From contig OY781092.1 in the NCBI GenBank assembly GCA_963676615.1, positions 224,001 to 288,000 of the forward strand: 64,000 nt of DNA. The letters are read 5' to 3'. A program made the position numbers and the translations under genes. This DNA comes from Candidatus Cloacimonadota bacterium (GTDB taxonomy: Bacteria > Cloacimonadota > Cloacimonadia > G963667145). The notes beneath the pieces were generated by a model, which was not told the DNA's origin, made no database searches, and saw only the letters and a list, made by a program, of their open reading frames with translations. This document shows, piece after piece, positions 30,561-40,595 of the stretch; positions within the stretch are counted from its first letter, which is position 1; every line of letters starts with the position of its first letter.

Positions 30561-32453
30561 ATGCTGATAACTTTTCCTGATGGAGCGCAAAAGGAGTTCG
30601 CCAAAGGCACGACGCCGTTGCAGGTGGCAGCGAGCATTTCGGGCGGTTTGGCTAGAGCGGTTGTGGCTGCGAAAGTGAACGGCGAGCTTGTGGGTGTCGC
30701 CGAGCCGATTGAGGCGGATTGCAAATTTGAGCTGCTGAAGTTCGACAGCGATGAGGGCAAAAGCGTTTATTGGCACTCCACGGCGCACTTGTTGGCGCAA
30801 GCGGTGAAGGAACTTTTTCCTGATGTCAAAGTGGCGATTGGTCCTGCCATCGAGAACGGTTTTTACTACGATTTTGAGCGCGAGGACGCTTTTTCCGAAG
30901 AAGATCTGGAGCAGATTACCCAAAAAATGAAGGAGCTGTCCCAAAAGAAATTTGCTTATCAGCGGCAGGTGGTTTCGCGGTCTGAGGCGCTGGAGTATTT
31001 TCAGAAGCAAGACGAGAAATACAAGGTGGAGCTTTTGGCTGCGATTGGCGATGACCAGACGATTTCGATGTATTCGCAAGGCGATTTTACCGATTTGTGT
31101 CGAGGTCCGCACTTGCCGGATACGGGCGGAATTAAGGCGATTAAGCTTCTGAAAACTTCGGGCGCGTATTGGCGTGGCGACGAGAAAAACAAGATGCTCA
31201 AGCGGATTTATGGCATCAGTTTTCCTTCGAATAAGGAGCTGAACCAGTATTTGGCGAATTTGGAAGAGGCAAAAAAGCGCGATCATCGGCTCTTGGGCAA
31301 ACAGCTTGATCTTTTTTCGTTTTCGAGCAGAATCGGAGCAGGTCTCGTGTTGTGGCATCCAAAGGGCGCGCTGATTAGGAATTTTATCGAGAGTTTTTGG
31401 AAAGAGCAGCACCTGAAAAACGGCTACAGTTTGGTGAATACGCCGCACATCGGCAAAGCTGAGCTGTGGGAGACTTCGGGGCATTTGGGCTTTTATGACG
31501 AGAGTATGTACTCGCCGCTGAATATCGACGAGCAGAACTATTACATCAAGCCGATGAACTGCCCGTTTCACATCGAGATTTATAATAGCAGCAAGAAAAG
31601 TTATCGGCAGCTGCCGGTGCGATACGCCGAGATGGGCAATGTCTATCGCTATGAGCGTGCGGGGACTTTGCATGGGTTGATGCGGGTGCGCGGTTTTACG
31701 CAGGACGATGCGCATATTATTTGCATGAAGGAGCAGATCGACGCCGAGGTGAAGAAAACGGTTGAGTTTTCGATTTTTATGCTGAAATCTTTTGGGTTCG
31801 AAGATTTTGAAATCTATCTTTCGACCAAGCCAGAGGAAAAATTTGTGGGCGAGCTGGAAGATTGGCATAAGGCGGAAAGCGCTTTGGAGAACGCTTTGGT
31901 TGAGCTTGGTATCGATTTCAAAGTTGACGCTGGCGGTGGAGCTTTTTATGGACCGAAGATCGACATAAAAATCAAGGACGCTTTGGGCAGGTCTTGGCAG
32001 TGCAGCACGATTCAGTTCGATTTTAATCTGCCGACGCGATTTAATATGGAGTATGTGGGCAAAGACAACTCGCTGCACCGTCCGTATATGATTCATCGCG
32101 CGCTGCTTGGCTCTTTGGAGCGATTTTTTGCGACGCTTTTGGAGTATCACGGCGGAAATCTGCCGATGTGGCTTTCGCCAGAGCAGGTGCGGATTATTCC
32201 GATTTCTGATCAATTTTTGGATTATGCGAAAAAGGTGGAGAACTTTTTGGTGGATGCTGGCTATCGAGTGCAGATAAGCGACGAAGATCAAGGCGTTGGC
32301 TACAAAATTCGGCAGGCAGAAAATCAAAAAATTCCGTATATGATAATTTGCGGAGAGCAAGAGCAAAAAGCGGGCACAGCTTCGGTGCGAAAGCATACGC
32401 AAGGGGATATTGGCTGCTTCGAGCTTGAGAAATTGAGTGAAATTTTGAGCTAG
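30561..32453 (+). CDS. thrS: Threonine--tRNA ligase
   Basis: TGS domain, HSTAHLLAQA, DLCRGPH, RDHR, KPMNCPFH, FYGPKID. Confidence 0.97.
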   Translation: MLITFPDGAQKEFAKGTTPLQVAASISGGLARAVVAAKVNGELVGVAEPIEADCKFELLKFDSDEGKSVYWHSTAHLLAQAVKELFPDVKVAIGPAIENGFYYDFEREDAFSEEDLEQITQKMKELSQKKFAYQRQVVSRSEALEYFQKQDEKYKVELLAAIGDDQTISMYSQGDFTDLCRGPHLPDTGGIKAIKLLKTSGAYWRGDEKNKMLKRIYGISFPSNKELNQYLANLEEAKKRDHRLLGKQLDLFSFSSRIGAGLVLWHPKGALIRNFIESFWKEQHLKNGYSLVNTPHIGKAELWETSGHLGFYDESMYSPLNIDEQNYYIKPMNCPFHIEIYNSSKKSYRQLPVRYAEMGNVYRYERAGTLHGLMRVRGFTQDDAHIICMKEQIDAEVKKTVEFSIFMLKSFGFEDFEIYLSTKPEEKFVGELEDWHKAESALENALVELGIDFKVDAGGGAFYGPKIDIKIKDALGRSWQCSTIQFDFNLPTRFNMEYVGKDNSLHRPYMIHRALLGSLERFFATLLEYHGGNLPMWLSPEQVRIIPISDQFLDYAKKVENFLVDAGYRVQISDEDQGVGYKIRQAENQKIPYMIICGEQEQKAGTASVRKHTQGDIGCFELEKLSEILS

Positions 32454-32454
32454 G

Positions 32455-33768
32455 ATGAGATTTAGGTTTTGTTTATTTTTTTTGGCTTTGATTTTTTTTG
32501 GTAAGGTCGCAGCAGAAGAGGACATAAATAAACGGGAACTTTTGAAAATTGTTGACGATGTAAATTGGGAAAAGGCTAGTCCGCTAGAAACAGAGGAAGA
32601 AGTGGTTTTTGTTCCTACTGATTCTGTGGAGCGAAAAGAGGTGCCACCGAATCAGAGTGTTCCGTTTTTGGATTTGGGGAGATACTCAAAGTCTAAGCGG
32701 CGACCGAAAAAGCAAGAAGAGCAAAAAAAAGTTAGTGTGGCGGCTGTGAAAATTGTTCAGCCAGCTGGCTTTGATTTTGTAAATCCTGCAAATTTGGCAG
32801 AAAGCGAGAAGCGAACTTTGGGGTTTCTTCGGACAGATCTTGTTTATAAAGATTATAAAGGTAATAGCGAAGATTATAACTTCAAAGCTTTTTTAAATTT
32901 GCAACTTGTCGATTATTCGCAAGGTTCTTGGGGGATAAGCTCGCAAATTGTTTTTGATAATAATGTCAGGGATTTTAACAAAAAGTTGTTCGATTTTGTG
33001 TTTTTTAGGTCGTCGGAGCAAAAAAGTTTGGGCGATCCGAATTTTGGAATAGGTAGCTATGGCTATTCGTATAACAAGAGCAGTTTTGCCTATGCGTTTA
33101 GGTCGGACATTAACAGTTCTCTTCCCGTTAAATTTGGGGTGAAGCTTAATTTGTTGACTTCGATTTCGTGCTTTGAGGCGGCGAACCAAGACGAAACTTT
33201 GGGGACGAGCGAATATTACATCGCCGATATTTTTGAAGATTTTAAACCGAGCTTTGGAGTTGGTTTTGGTTTTGGAGCGCAAGTTTTGAATTTGCCTGGG
33301 TTGTGGCTTTTTGAGAATGGTCGGTTAGACTTTACGGTTGAAGATTTGAATAGCAAATTGGAGTATAAATCGGCGCAGAGAAACAAATTTTATTACAACA
33401 ATGAGCTGGAGAAAGTTTATGTTTTGGATGTTGATGACGACTCCAAAGACATCGAGTATGAGCTTGAGCCAAAGTATGGGAGTATGTTGTCGTATCGTGT
33501 GTCGCCTTTGGGGAAGATGAGCTCGGCGGTAAAGTTTGTGAAAGATGAAACTGCTTACGACGACGGTGTCAGCCTTGGTTTGGACTACCAGTTGCAAGAG
33601 AAAAAAAGCTGGACGGCCTGGGTTGGCAAAGGGCGCGACTATTTTGTCAGCGTCTCCTACTCTTTGCTCTCGAACAATCTTGTGCGGATACAAGGCGGTT
33701 GTTATTTTGACGAAACGAGATTTGCGGGCGGACAAGTCAGCTTGCAATTTTTTAGGTATTTTTATTAA
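32455..33768 (+). CDS. Putative outer-membrane beta-barrel protein, paralogue 1 (DUF5723/PorV-like, tentative)
   Basis: Signal peptide, charged linker, amphipathic strands, terminal aromatic (RYFY); shares motifs with 35889-37439 and 40596-41807. Confidence 0.6.
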   Translation: MRFRFCLFFLALIFFGKVAAEEDINKRELLKIVDDVNWEKASPLETEEEVVFVPTDSVERKEVPPNQSVPFLDLGRYSKSKRRPKKQEEQKKVSVAAVKIVQPAGFDFVNPANLAESEKRTLGFLRTDLVYKDYKGNSEDYNFKAFLNLQLVDYSQGSWGISSQIVFDNNVRDFNKKLFDFVFFRSSEQKSLGDPNFGIGSYGYSYNKSSFAYAFRSDINSSLPVKFGVKLNLLTSISCFEAANQDETLGTSEYYIADIFEDFKPSFGVGFGFGAQVLNLPGLWLFENGRLDFTVEDLNSKLEYKSAQRNKFYYNNELEKVYVLDVDDDSKDIEYELEPKYGSMLSYRVSPLGKMSSAVKFVKDETAYDDGVSLGLDYQLQEKKSWTAWVGKGRDYFVSVSYSLLSNNLVRIQGGCYFDETRFAGGQVSLQFFRYFY

Positions 33769-33868
33769 ATCGTGAAAAGTTTAAAGATTTGGTGATTAAA
33801 ACGATGAAAAAAAACTTTAAATTGACAGAAAAAAAAATAGACTCAACTCTAGCGGTGTGGAGATTTTT

Positions 33869-35896
33869 ATGAAAAAGTTGAGTTTTTTGGTTCTGTCTTT
33901 TTTTGTTTTAATCGCTTGTGAGGCGTATAAAATCCCGACGAATGTGGGGATGCCTTCTTGGGACACGCATCTTTATCTGAAGGTGCTCGATCGCAATTTT
34001 GATGTGGCGAAGGAGCTTTGCAAAAAAGACACGATTTTTAGTTCCGAAGATGGAAAAGTGAAGCTGAACAAAAGTTTTGCGCAAAAAGAGCTGGAATTTT
34101 CTGCGCCGAAAGTCGAACAAACCAGCAGCTCCATTGTGGAAATTGGGTTTGTCGCTTTGGGAGAGTTGGGTAGCCATTCGAACAGTTTTACTTCGGCCAA
34201 TCTTGATTCTGGCGATGTTTATATTTTGGATGAAATAAATTTGATTTTAGATACGGGAAATTTTACCAAGGCTGAGCTTGCCGATGTGAAGTTGAAGTTA
34301 ACTTGCAAAGACGCCTCTGGAGATACATTGACAGGCATCGATTTCAGCGAGGTTATTTTGAACGCTTTCGATTGGGAAGATAACCCTAAAAATGTTTCGT
34401 TTTCGCAAAGTGGCGAAATCAAGATTTCGTTATCAAATTCTGACGATTGGCTGACGATCAAAAGCACAGGTCTTTCTTTGAACGGAAGTTTAACTTCGGA
34501 CGCTGACACTAGTTTGGGTAGTTTGAGTTTTGAGATGTTGCCGAACACCCAGGAGCAAGTGCAGGCGTCGAAGGCGGTGCTGCCAGCCGGCAGTAGCAGC
34601 ATCAGGGACAAGACGCTCGAAGATACGGTAGCCGTCAGTCTTGGCGGAGATTATCTGATTTATCAGGCGCTGCTCGATTCGGGGAAAATTTCGTTCTCCA
34701 AAAAAATGGACATAGAGGGGCTGAGGATTTCGTCGTTGAATGTGCAATGTAGCGAGCTAAAAAAGGACGGCGCTACTTTGGACGAGACCTTGTTCGAAAA
34801 CCCTTCGGACTCGACTTTGGATTTGCAGGGATACACATTGGGTTCTGGCGCAGAGCTAGATAGTTTGCGATTTGTTTATTTGGTGAGTTACGACACTGTT
34901 TCGGGGAAAGCGATTGAAGTAGAAAACACGGATGAGATTACAGTGAATGTCGATTTTGCGGCGTCTTTTGTGTGGGCAAAGGCGAAGATTTTGAACGCGT
35001 CGGCTTTTGATTTGACGCCGTCTGATCAGGTCGAGGAGTTTGGTGACGACTTGCCTAAGTTCAAGGACGAAGATGGAAACGACAAAACTATCGAGCTGGC
35101 GAAAAATTCTGTGGTCGCTTTTAGCGGGGAATATCCTGTGGTTTGCGAGAGTGGCACCGATTCGATAATCCGCTATAATGTGGAGGTGAAGGCATATAAA
35201 GCAGGCGTTGTCGCCGATAGTTTGGACACTTCGGTGGTGATGTTCTCGGCTAGCGAAATTGGCAAAGCCAGCACGACGAGCATCGGGAATTTGGAAGATT
35301 TGATAAATTGCTTTCCTGATTCTATCTCGATTAAGACGACACCAGAGTTTTTGGTTTCCGATAAAATCTTGACGATTTATTGCGATAGGGGCGTGCAATT
35401 TGACGCAAAACTCACTAGCGACATTGCGTTCAATAGCTTTGACACGGTTGTCTATTATCAAATCGAGGACGATCCAGAGGAGCAGGATTGCCCGCTGACG
35501 GTAGCGCAGGCGGAGTCGGCGAAGTCGATAGAGGCGTTTGTGAAGTATAAAAATAGGACGAATGTGACGCTGGGAGCGGAGATGCTTTTGTGCCGAGACA
35601 CGACCTATCTAAAGGATAATTTGTATTCTGCAAAAACCAGTAACGATACGATAAGACGCTTAGATTTGAACCTTTTACAACCTTGTGCAGAGGGTGAATA
35701 TAAAGTTGAATCGCTCAAAATGACCAGCGACGATTTGCGACTTTTGGCTGGCAAAAAAGACGAAAAAAGTTACAGCTTTATCAAGATAAAGTTCAAAGGC
35801 GATGGACAAAGTTTGGGTGGAGACCTTGATATACAGGTGTTTGTGGAGGCTGATGTTCGCGTGGATGAAGATGTGATGGAAGGGCAAGATGATTAA
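33869..35896 (+). CDS. Large beta-rich acidic lipoprotein, paralogue A (unknown function)
   Basis: MKKLSFLVLSFFVLIAC lipobox; motifs shared with 38386-40593. Confidence 0.7.
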   Translation: MKKLSFLVLSFFVLIACEAYKIPTNVGMPSWDTHLYLKVLDRNFDVAKELCKKDTIFSSEDGKVKLNKSFAQKELEFSAPKVEQTSSSIVEIGFVALGELGSHSNSFTSANLDSGDVYILDEINLILDTGNFTKAELADVKLKLTCKDASGDTLTGIDFSEVILNAFDWEDNPKNVSFSQSGEIKISLSNSDDWLTIKSTGLSLNGSLTSDADTSLGSLSFEMLPNTQEQVQASKAVLPAGSSSIRDKTLEDTVAVSLGGDYLIYQALLDSGKISFSKKMDIEGLRISSLNVQCSELKKDGATLDETLFENPSDSTLDLQGYTLGSGAELDSLRFVYLVSYDTVSGKAIEVENTDEITVNVDFAASFVWAKAKILNASAFDLTPSDQVEEFGDDLPKFKDEDGNDKTIELAKNSVVAFSGEYPVVCESGTDSIIRYNVEVKAYKAGVVADSLDTSVVMFSASEIGKASTTSIGNLEDLINCFPDSISIKTTPEFLVSDKILTIYCDRGVQFDAKLTSDIAFNSFDTVVYYQIEDDPEEQDCPLTVAQAESAKSIEAFVKYKNRTNVTLGAEMLLCRDTTYLKDNLYSAKTSNDTIRRLDLNLLQPCAEGEYKVESLKMTSDDLRLLAGKKDEKSYSFIKIKFKGDGQSLGGDLDIQVFVEADVRVDEDVMEGQDD

Positions 35897-37439
35897 AAAG
35901 TTTTTGCTCTTTTTGTGGCTTTTGCCGATTTTTTTGTTTGCCGCAGAGGACTTTCTTGCACCTCTTGAACTTTTGCCGCTTGACCCTTCGCAGAGCGCTG
36001 GAATTGTCGATAAGCCAAAATCGCCAGTCGAAGATTTTGAGCTCATGGATATTGATGAAACCATAAAACAGGAAAAGGCGGCGAAGCAGCCAGAGCAGCA
36101 GAAGCCGTTGGAGCCGAAAAAAGATGCTGCCGCTGAGCCGAAAAAAGAGCCTGTCGCTCCGAAGCCCGTGATCGAAAAGCAAGATGCCGAAGCCGATCTC
36201 GTGCCTCTTGATGAGCAAGAAATTTTTCAAAAGGTGGACGATTTTAGGGATGAGCCGCAAAAAGAAACGGCGAAAAAAAGGAGCAAGCCCGCTTACAATT
36301 TTTACGGTTCATTCTCGGAAAACCCCGCGACTTTAGCGCTGCGGGACGCATTTTTTCTTGAGATTCCGCTTGGATTAACCTTGACTTTCAAAAATTCTAA
36401 CCTTAGCTGGAACGATTTTGTGACGATGTTTGAGGAGGATCATTTCCTCACAGATGCGGAAAAGCAAAAGATTTACGGAAAAAGTTGGGATGTTTTTTTG
36501 GCGGTGGAAAAACCGATAATTGGCATTGGCTATAGTAATTTTGAGTTCGCATCGAAAGCAATTGTCAGCGCCGAGATCAAAGATTTGGGCACGCAATGGC
36601 TGAAGTTTCTTTTTGAGGGCAATGATAAAGATAAGATGGTTTTGGAGGGCAACTCTGGGCAAGGTTCGCAGGCACTTGCTTTTGTGAAAAACTCTTTCAC
36701 CTACGCCGTTCCGTCGCCGCTGACTTTTTTGGAGACAGATTTTTATTTTGGGCTGGATTTCAATATTTACAATTCGATTGGCTATGCGAAGGTGGAAAAA
36801 TCCCAGCAGACGATGGATATGGATGCAGGCAAGTCGGTTTTGGAATACGAATATTTGCGCTCGAAATTCGGCACGACAAAAGTGAACAGCACCACTGGTT
36901 TTGGTCTTGGTATGATGGTGGACAGGTTGCCAGACTTGCTTTTTTTGGATGAGGGACGAGCCTATGCGAGCGTTGACGATTTGTTTGCGAAAATCAGATT
37001 TTCCGACTTGGAAAAAGTGAGCTATCGTCGTAATATTACAGATGTTTACGACAAGGACGAGAAGGTAGACACTGTGATTGTTGACACGACTGTGGATGTG
37101 GCGGATTACACGGTGAAGTTGACGCCAGAATACAGCGTTGGTGCGAGTTACAGCCTTTTTAGCGAGTCGGCTTTTGGCTCGATGCGTTTGGTGAGCAAAT
37201 ATCGCAAGGCGCTGGTTGCCTACGACCAAGGTTTTAGCGTGGGCGTCGATTACAATCCGTTTGAATGTCTGCCGATTGGCGTGCGATATGGTCTGGACGG
37301 CGATTCGTATTTTGCGTTGTCCGTTGGGCTAGATTGGTATGTCGATTTGGCTGTTCGATATGTGAGCTACGGCACCAAAATTGGCGGAGGAGCCAAAGGC
37401 TTTACGCTTGGTTTGGATGTTTTGAGGTTTAAGTTTTGA
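35889..37439 (+). CDS. Putative outer-membrane beta-barrel protein, paralogue 2
   Basis: Signal peptide, Pro/Lys/Glu linker, SENPATL, GFGLGMMV, terminal RFKF. Confidence 0.62.
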   Translation: MIKKFLLFLWLLPIFLFAAEDFLAPLELLPLDPSQSAGIVDKPKSPVEDFELMDIDETIKQEKAAKQPEQQKPLEPKKDAAAEPKKEPVAPKPVIEKQDAEADLVPLDEQEIFQKVDDFRDEPQKETAKKRSKPAYNFYGSFSENPATLALRDAFFLEIPLGLTLTFKNSNLSWNDFVTMFEEDHFLTDAEKQKIYGKSWDVFLAVEKPIIGIGYSNFEFASKAIVSAEIKDLGTQWLKFLFEGNDKDKMVLEGNSGQGSQALAFVKNSFTYAVPSPLTFLETDFYFGLDFNIYNSIGYAKVEKSQQTMDMDAGKSVLEYEYLRSKFGTTKVNSTTGFGLGMMVDRLPDLLFLDEGRAYASVDDLFAKIRFSDLEKVSYRRNITDVYDKDEKVDTVIVDTTVDVADYTVKLTPEYSVGASYSLFSESAFGSMRLVSKYRKALVAYDQGFSVGVDYNPFECLPIGVRYGLDGDSYFALSVGLDWYVDLAVRYVSYGTKIGGGAKGFTLGLDVLRFKF

Positions 37440-38389
37440 AAAATTTCATCAAAAACGAGTTGAAAAAAGAGGCCGATTCGATTTTGCAATTGGCGGCAAG
37501 AATTGACGATTCTGTCGAAAAAGTTGTCGAGCTTCTTTTTGATTGCAAGGGAAAAGTGGTGGTAGTGGGCATCGGCAAAACCGGGCACATTGGTCGAAAA
37601 ATCTCGGCGACGCTGGCTTCCACGGGAACTTCGTCGGTTTTTTTGCACGCAACCGAAGGTTTGCACGGCGATTTGGGAATTGTGGATGAAAAAGATGTGG
37701 TGCTCGCCATCTCCTACAGCGGCGGCAGTCAGGAGCTTTTGGCGGTGCTGCCGTATTTTAAATTTGCGGGTGTGTCGATTGTGGCTTTTACGGGCAAGAC
37801 GGACTCTCCGCTGGCGAAGGCTGCCGATTTTGTGTTGGACTGCAGGGTTGAGCAGCACACGGAGCAGTTCGGTTTGGTGCCGACAGCCAGCACGACGGTC
37901 ATTTTGGCTTTGGGCGATGCGATTGCTGTGGCGCTTTTGAAAAAGCGGAATTTTTCGGTGGAAGATTTTGCCAAGTTTCATCCTGGCGGCACGATTGGTC
38001 GCAAGATTTTTTTGAAGGTCGAGGATGTGATGTGCAAGCAACCGCCGGTGGTCGATTTGGGTGCGTCGCTGCAGGAGACGATTTTGGCGATGACTTCGGG
38101 CAAGCTGGGATGCGTGGCTGTGCTGGATGGTGCGAAAAATTTGGTTGGTTTTTTCACCGACGGAGATTTGCGCAGGCATCTGCAAAATGGCGATTTGTCC
38201 GATTATGCAAAGAGAAAAATTGCGGATTTGATGACGCAAGAGTTTAAAAAATGTAGCGCCACAAGCCTAGCTGTTGCAGCGCTTAAGTTGATGGAAGACA
38301 ATAAGATAATGATGTTGCCTGTCGTGGAAGATAATAAACTCAAAGGGATTTTGCATATGCACGCCCTTTTGGAAGCGGGAGTAGTATGA
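37436..38389 (+). CDS. kdsD: Arabinose-5-phosphate isomerase (KpsF/GutQ, SIS plus CBS)
   Basis: GIGKTGHIGRKISATLASTGT, HGDLG, PTASTT, FHPGG, CBS pair. Confidence 0.93.
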   Translation: MKNFIKNELKKEADSILQLAARIDDSVEKVVELLFDCKGKVVVVGIGKTGHIGRKISATLASTGTSSVFLHATEGLHGDLGIVDEKDVVLAISYSGGSQELLAVLPYFKFAGVSIVAFTGKTDSPLAKAADFVLDCRVEQHTEQFGLVPTASTTVILALGDAIAVALLKKRNFSVEDFAKFHPGGTIGRKIFLKVEDVMCKQPPVVDLGASLQETILAMTSGKLGCVAVLDGAKNLVGFFTDGDLRRHLQNGDLSDYAKRKIADLMTQEFKKCSATSLAVAALKLMEDNKIMMLPVVEDNKLKGILHMHALLEAGVV

Positions 38390-40593
38390 AAAAAGTAAAA
38401 GTTTTTTTGTTGGTGTTGATAGTTTTTTTGGGTGCGTGTGATGTGAATTTAGGAGAGATTGGCATACCTAAAAATGAAGCCACATATCGAATCAAAATTT
38501 TGGAAGAAAAATACGATATTGGCAAAGAGCTAGTGAAATATTCTAGGGGCGTGAATGTTGACCAGTCCACAGGCGAGCTGTGTATAGACACAACTATCAG
38601 TTATAACGAAGGCAGCAAGATTTCTTTTAGCAAGCTCAGTTATGACGCTTTGACTGTGCAGAGGCAGGCGCCATTCTACCTTAGCGGCATTGCCAATAAA
38701 GATTTTCTTTTTCGTATTAAGGAGATTAACGCTACAAATTTTCGCGACCTTGACAAAGGAGCCGCGCCAGTTTCATTTAGCAGTTTTTATCTCAATAATG
38801 TAGAAAAAAGCACCTTGGATCCTTACAATCCATACACAATATTTGGAGAAATCAACATCCGTTCTGCAATTTTAAAAGCTGTTGTAACCAACAATTTGGG
38901 ATTTGAAATAGATTCGGTAAAGATTGAACTTTGCGATATTGAAGGAAATATGATAAAAACTTTTGATGTTGGAGCGGTCGCCAAAGGTGGTGTGGGAACA
39001 AAACTTTTGAGCGTTGTCTCTTCTGAAAAAATAGTTTATCCGCAAAATATTTTGATAAAAGTCGAAGGATTTGTGCCAGGAAAAAATAAAGTTGATTTGA
39101 ACAAAAATAATTTTCTCTCGGTGGAGATAAGTTTTGAGACAATTCCGTCAACGACCTATCAAATTATAGCAAAAGATTATGTGGGAATGCAAAAAGCCGA
39201 TACCGTTTACACTGGTTGGATGGATAAAAAAGTGATTGTTGATCGAAACGGCAACAGGAGTGCAGATTTTGACATTTACAACGCGACAACTACTTTTAAT
39301 GTGGAGAACAAATTGGTCGCAAATTTTGAGACTTTTTCCGAGGATTTGGTGGAAGTAGAACTGGCTCTACCAGATATCCATAGCAGTAAATATGTGCTCG
39401 ATACTTTGCGCAAAGTGTTTTCTATTAACGGAATTTCTGCACAAGAAACTAGCCGCCAAGACAGTCGCAGCCTCTCTTTAGTTCAAAAATATCTTGGCGA
39501 AAGTTATTCTCCTGGAGCAGATTTGGTCGATACTATCAGGGTCGATGTGATGGTGGTGTTCCCAGATTCGCGAGGATTTGTGCGTGCCTCTTCTCAAAAA
39601 GTTTTGATAGATTTAAGCCTAGAAGAGTTGGAGTTGGATGAGATCGAGTGCAAGGTGAACGAGGATGTTATTTACGGAGAAAAAAGCGGTGAAATTCCTG
39701 TAGATTTAGATCGGTTTAAAATTACTGATCAAGCTGGAAATGAGCTAGCAAAATTGAAAATGCTTGGCAGTCCTTCTGTCTCTTTTGAGATGGCTCCAGT
39801 TGTCAGATCCATCAAAAATCCGGTTCCTAATATGATCAGTTTTGAAGTGGAGATGAACAGTAGCAGAGGCTCTAACACCAGAGCTTTCTCAGACAATTTG
39901 CTTTTGGGCGTGACTCGCTCGCTCCTATATCCATACAAAAGCAATCTACCAAATCAAGCACAATTTTTAAATTTAATTGAGATTTTGCCCGAAAAAATAG
40001 AGTATTCAATCAATCCTACGATAAAAGCTTCAGACAGCGTGATTGTTGTGGAAGCGAACAAGGATATGGATGTGAAATTGCATATTTCTAGCCCAATTTC
40101 TTTTGATACAGAAGGAGAAGCTGTCATTTTCGAGCTTCGGGACGATTATGGTAGCGGGCTTGAGGGAATGCGCAGAGAGTTTCATTCGGCGCAGATAAAA
40201 GAGAATATTTATGATAACTATATCGATGGCGACTTTATTCTAAACTACAAAAATACCTCTAATATGTTTTTGGGAGCAAAAATAATAATTAGCACGGACA
40301 AAAGCGTGCTGTATGACGAAAATATTTTGACCAACGCCACAATCGAAACAGTGGGCAAAGACGGCTATCCAAACTATATCGCCAGAATTATAGATATGGG
40401 CAACCTCTTGCCAAACACGACCTCTGGTGTGGCTATGGCGAATTTGCCGCAATCTTCTTTGGATCCTTTTTTGATGGACAGTTGCTTTGTCGGGGTCAAA
40501 ATTCCAATTCGCAGCTCTTCGGCTAGCTTTGTGGGCGATTTAGATTTGACGGGAAAAATCGAGTTTAAATACAATAATTTGGGAGATCTTTAA
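38386..40593 (+). CDS. Large beta-rich lipoprotein, paralogue B (unknown function)
   Basis: MKKVKVFLLVLIVFLGAC lipobox; motifs shared with 33869-35896. Confidence 0.7.
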   Translation: MKKVKVFLLVLIVFLGACDVNLGEIGIPKNEATYRIKILEEKYDIGKELVKYSRGVNVDQSTGELCIDTTISYNEGSKISFSKLSYDALTVQRQAPFYLSGIANKDFLFRIKEINATNFRDLDKGAAPVSFSSFYLNNVEKSTLDPYNPYTIFGEINIRSAILKAVVTNNLGFEIDSVKIELCDIEGNMIKTFDVGAVAKGGVGTKLLSVVSSEKIVYPQNILIKVEGFVPGKNKVDLNKNNFLSVEISFETIPSTTYQIIAKDYVGMQKADTVYTGWMDKKVIVDRNGNRSADFDIYNATTTFNVENKLVANFETFSEDLVEVELALPDIHSSKYVLDTLRKVFSINGISAQETSRQDSRSLSLVQKYLGESYSPGADLVDTIRVDVMVVFPDSRGFVRASSQKVLIDLSLEELELDEIECKVNEDVIYGEKSGEIPVDLDRFKITDQAGNELAKLKMLGSPSVSFEMAPVVRSIKNPVPNMISFEVEMNSSRGSNTRAFSDNLLLGVTRSLLYPYKSNLPNQAQFLNLIEILPEKIEYSINPTIKASDSVIVVEANKDMDVKLHISSPISFDTEGEAVIFELRDDYGSGLEGMRREFHSAQIKENIYDNYIDGDFILNYKNTSNMFLGAKIIISTDKSVLYDENILTNATIETVGKDGYPNYIARIIDMGNLLPNTTSGVAMANLPQSSLDPFLMDSCFVGVKIPIRSSSASFVGDLDLTGKIEFKYNNLGDL

Positions 40594-40595
40594 AA

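Noticed and set aside
30291..32525. 744-aa minus-strand ORF
   Set aside because: Antisense shadow of thrS.
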